From the NCBI RefSeq assembly GCF_001194135.2, contig NC_068984.1, positions 138,863,616 to 138,927,615 of the forward strand: a DNA stretch of 64,000 nt. Reading direction: 5' to 3'. The notes beneath the pieces are model-generated. The model made no database searches, had not been told where the DNA came from, and saw nothing but the letters and a program-made list of their open reading frames with translations. Numbering within the stretch: the stretch's first letter is position 1; each line of letters opens with the position of its first letter. Shown piece by piece: positions 60,810 through 64,000 of the stretch. A program made the translations under genes and the position numbers. This DNA is from Octopus bimaculoides (lineage: Eukaryota).

Positions 60810-61475
60810 ATGGCCTTGCTCAAGTTCGGCAGTTTAAATGTATGTGGCCTGGCAACGCTTTGGAAGCAGGGACGCTTCCTTAACGACCTCAGGGCATTGA
60901 ATTTGGACGTCGTAGCCATTAACGAAACCAGACTGACCGGGCCGCATGCTTTCATGCCCCTCTTCGATGGAACGAGATCTACGTGTCTCCGTGCTAGCCG
61001 AGAGAGGATGGTGGAACTGCGGTTCTGTTCCGGAAAGGTCTGGTTTCTGTCTAGTGGCTATTGCAAATTAGCTTGTTTGATTGTCGCGGGTGAAAAGTTT
61101 GAAGACAAGCCCCTTCCTCTTCGGCAGTGGTCTCACTAACTATTCCAGGTTCCACTTGAAAAGAAAAGTTAGACTTGAGAAGGAGGTGCTGTCCTCGTGA
61201 AAATTTACAGAAAGATGGGTCAATATTTCAAGAACAGTCCGAATGAATGGCCTTACATAAACACCAACTTCTAGGCGCTTGCGCCCTAGCGAGTAGGTTG
61301 TTTCGTGTCTTGTGGGGTTTCTACGACTAACCCAGCTAATCTTCTTTTGGGAACCACTGTTTTTTTAATACTTTTGATTTTTAATTTTGTTTACACGCTT
61401 TTACGTATGACCTCACCTTTTTTGTCCTGTATCGTCCCTCTGTGTCAGTCCCCTGGTGGCTAATAAAGAAAAGAA
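60810..61475 (+). mobile_element. Internally deleted L1/Tx1-like LINE: APE N-terminus fused to ORF2 C-terminus and 3' UTR
   Basis: MALLKFGSLNVCGL..LDVVAINETRL..GGTAVLFRKGL, then within ~100 bp FHLKRKVRLEKEVLS*KFTERWVNI; tail ..GGTGGCTAATAAAGAAAAGAA. Confidence 0.75.
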
Positions 61476-61515
61476 TTTCTTACCGAACGGACATTGTTAT
61501 TTGTGCTCGTGAGTT

Positions 61516-61608
61516 TTATTATTATTATTATTATTGTTATTATTATTATTATTATTATTATCATTATCATCATCATCATCATCATCATCATCATCGTCAT
61601 CATCATCA

Positions 61609-61666
<58 letters not shown>
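61516..61666. repeat. (TAT)n/(CAT)n trinucleotide microsatellite abutting an N-gap
   Basis: Seen directly in sequence. Confidence 0.95.
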
Positions 61667-62110
61667 NNNNNNNNNNNNNNNNNNNNNNNNNNNNNNNNNN
61701 NNNNNNNNNNNNNNNNNNNNNNNNNNNNNNNNNNNNNNNNNNNNNNNNNNNNNNNNNNNNNNNNNNNNNNNNNNNNNNNNNNNNNNNNNNNNNNNNNNNN
61801 NNNNNNNNNNNNNNNNNNNNNNNNNNNNNNNNNNNNNNNNNNNNNNNNNNNNNNNNNNNNNNNNNNNNNNNNNNNNNNNNNNNNNNNNNNNNNNNNNNNN
61901 NNNNNNNNNNNNNNNNNNNNNNNNNNNNNNNNNNNNNNNNNNNNNNNNNNNNNNNNNNNNNNNNNNNNNNNNNNNNNNNNNNNNNNNNNNNNNNNNNNNN
62001 NNNNNNNNNNNNNNNNNNNNNNNNNNNNNNNNNNNNNNNNNNNNNNNNNNNNNNNNNNNNNNNNNNNNNNNNNNNNNNNNNNNNNNNNNNNNNNNNNNNN
62101 NNNNNNNNNN

Positions 62111-62149
<39 letters not shown>

Positions 62150-62902
62150 ATCCAAGCACATTCAAGCATGCACCCACGTGCATATAATACAGAAACACAC
62201 ATCACACACACAGACGCCAATCCCTTTGAAATCATTTGCCTCGCTCAGTTATCACTACCTTTCAAATTTAACACTGAACTAGGAATCATGCCTTTGCCGC
62301 TTCCATTTCAGTAAAAGAGTAATGGAATGCATGCAGAAAACCAAATTGAAACCAAAATTCTTCTCTTCACACTCTAGTTGTAATCTCCACCGCACTATAT
62401 ATCGTCATCTTTCCTTTAATTATCAATCAGATATTTCTAAACTAATACCACCATACAATTATGAGAAAAAAACTCACAATAGTAACATATCTATTAATGT
62501 TAATATTATGTTCTTTTGACAGCGATAATATATGTATATTCAGTGCTATACCTATTTCAGAAACTGAAAACCTGATTGTAACTTGATCGCCTTTGCTACT
62601 GATAATAAACTCGTAGCTGAATTTCTAGTCATTTGCTTCTATATTTCATTTCAACTACAACACAATTTTCTTAATAGCCTTAATATAACACTTCCACTAA
62701 CAAAACAAAATTACTCTGAGATCCAAGGATAACGTATTCTTGCGGATAACTTTTAAGAGAAATAATAGTACACCCAATTTAGCAAGAATACAAGCACTTA
62801 CATAATTACAATCTTCAAATTCTGTATTAGAATCAACTCAATAAACAAGTTCGGCAAAGCTACCTTGTCGATTTTGCCTATTTCCCGGTTTTCATGGCGT
62901 AT

Positions 62903-63276
62903 CGTGGCACTCCATCGGTTACGACGACGAGGGTTCCAGTTGATCCGGTTGATTTGTTCGTGAAATTAACGTGCAAGTGGCTGAGCACTCCACAGGCACG
63001 TGTACCCTTAACGTAGTTCTCGGGAGATTCAGCTTCACACAGAGTGTGACAAGGCTGGCCCTTTGAAATACAGGTACAACAGAAACAGGAAGAAAGCGTG
63101 AGAGAAAGTTGTATGAAAGAGTACAGCAGGGTTCACCACCCGACCGCTACCGGAGCCTCGTGGAGCTTTAGGTGTTTTCGCTCAATAAACACTCACAACA
63201 CCCGGTCTGGGAATCGAAACCGTGATCCTACGACCGCGAGTCCGCTGCCCTAACCACTGGGCCGTTGTGTCTCCTC
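62903..63276 (-). mobile_element. SINE family B with 10-bp TSD (1 mismatch)
   Basis: CATGGCGTAT (62893-62902) and CATGACGTAT (63277-63286). Confidence 0.88.
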
Positions 63277-63320
63277 CATGACGTATATATTCCTCACCTG
63301 GACGGGACGTCAGGTTGTCA

Positions 63321-63786
63321 GCGAATTTTTTTTTCCCACGAGAGATCCGAACCCCAGTTATGAACTCATTTGCATACAGCCAATCAGAACTCAACTATCA
63401 AACTAATTTATGAGTGATGGGCAATAAGATAAGGTCACTTGGGTAAGGAATGACCATGCTTCTTTTCTCTTATAATAATGCTTGTTTTTGTTTCAACCAT
63501 GGCTGCCTCTGCATAGTTATTTGTGTCGTTGATTACTTTGCAAACAGTAAGGGGAGAGGGTTTCTAGCACATCACCCTCTACCCACATTTTCCCTTATCC
63601 ACATCTTTACCACATGGGGCTCTATCAAAATCCTATAATAGGTATAGATGCAAATTTATTTAATTACTTGCCATTTTGAATGTCGACCTTTGTTAACTTG
63701 ACAACAAGGTCAAGGTGAGATCTGATTGGCTGTATGCAAATGAGTTCATTACTGGGGTCCAGAACTCTCGTGGAAAAACATTTCGC
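63321..63786. mobile_element. 466-bp MITE-like element with ~75-bp TIRs carrying octamer and CCAAT motifs
   Basis: GCGAA..CCACGAGAG..CCCCAGT.ATGAACTCATTTGCATACAGCCAATCAGA is mirrored at 63716-63786. Flanks GGTTGTCA / GGCTTGTCA may be a TSD. Confidence 0.75.
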
Positions 63787-63804
63787 GGCTTGTCACAGAA
63801 TCAC

Positions 63805-63950
63805 TCATTTTTGCCAACAGAGTGGACTGGAACAACGTGAAATGAAGTGTTTTGTTCGAGAACACAAAGCGTTGCTCGCTCCAGGAGTCGAAACCACCAT
63901 CTTATGATCAGGAGTTCAACACCCCTAACCACTAAGCCATGCGTCTCCAC
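63805..63950 (-). mobile_element. tRNA-derived SINE, family D, 5' part (related fragments near 33115-33200 and 33555-33615)
   Basis: GGAGACGCATGGCTTAGTGGTTAGGGGTG..GGTTTCGACTCC..AACAAAACACTTCATTTCACG. Confidence 0.7.
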
Positions 63951-64000
63951 AAGCAGCTCAAAGCTGTTAATACTATTCATATCACACAAGGCGGCGAGCT

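Overview
AT-rich, microsatellite-dense eukaryotic intergenic/intronic DNA from a draft scaffold with 16 N-gaps (about 6.5 kb). The tRNA-derived SINE repertoire and repeat style point to a cephalopod (Octopus-like) genome; this is an inference. Two host coding regions are well supported: a rhodopsin-class peptide-type GPCR (exon 21510-22655, start codon unresolved) and a single-exon 188-aa ankyrin-repeat protein (56068-56634). Almost everything else is decayed mobile DNA. That includes four tRNA-headed SINE families (named A-D here for convenience), at least five Penelope-like (PLE, GIY-YIG) fragments, L1/Tx1-, RTE- and RLE-type LINE fragments, mariner/maT, MULE and Helitron remnants, and several MITEs with readable TSDs. 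Two signals stand out. First, a set of type-I hammerhead-ribozyme-like motifs at PLE 3' ends, three of which carry an unusually long (about 95-125 nt) stem II insertion. Second, a SINE subfamily whose 3' tail matches the 3' end of a Tx1-like LINE in the same window and which has 16-19 bp TSDs. Most entries in the ORF track are gap, microsatellite or SINE artefacts.
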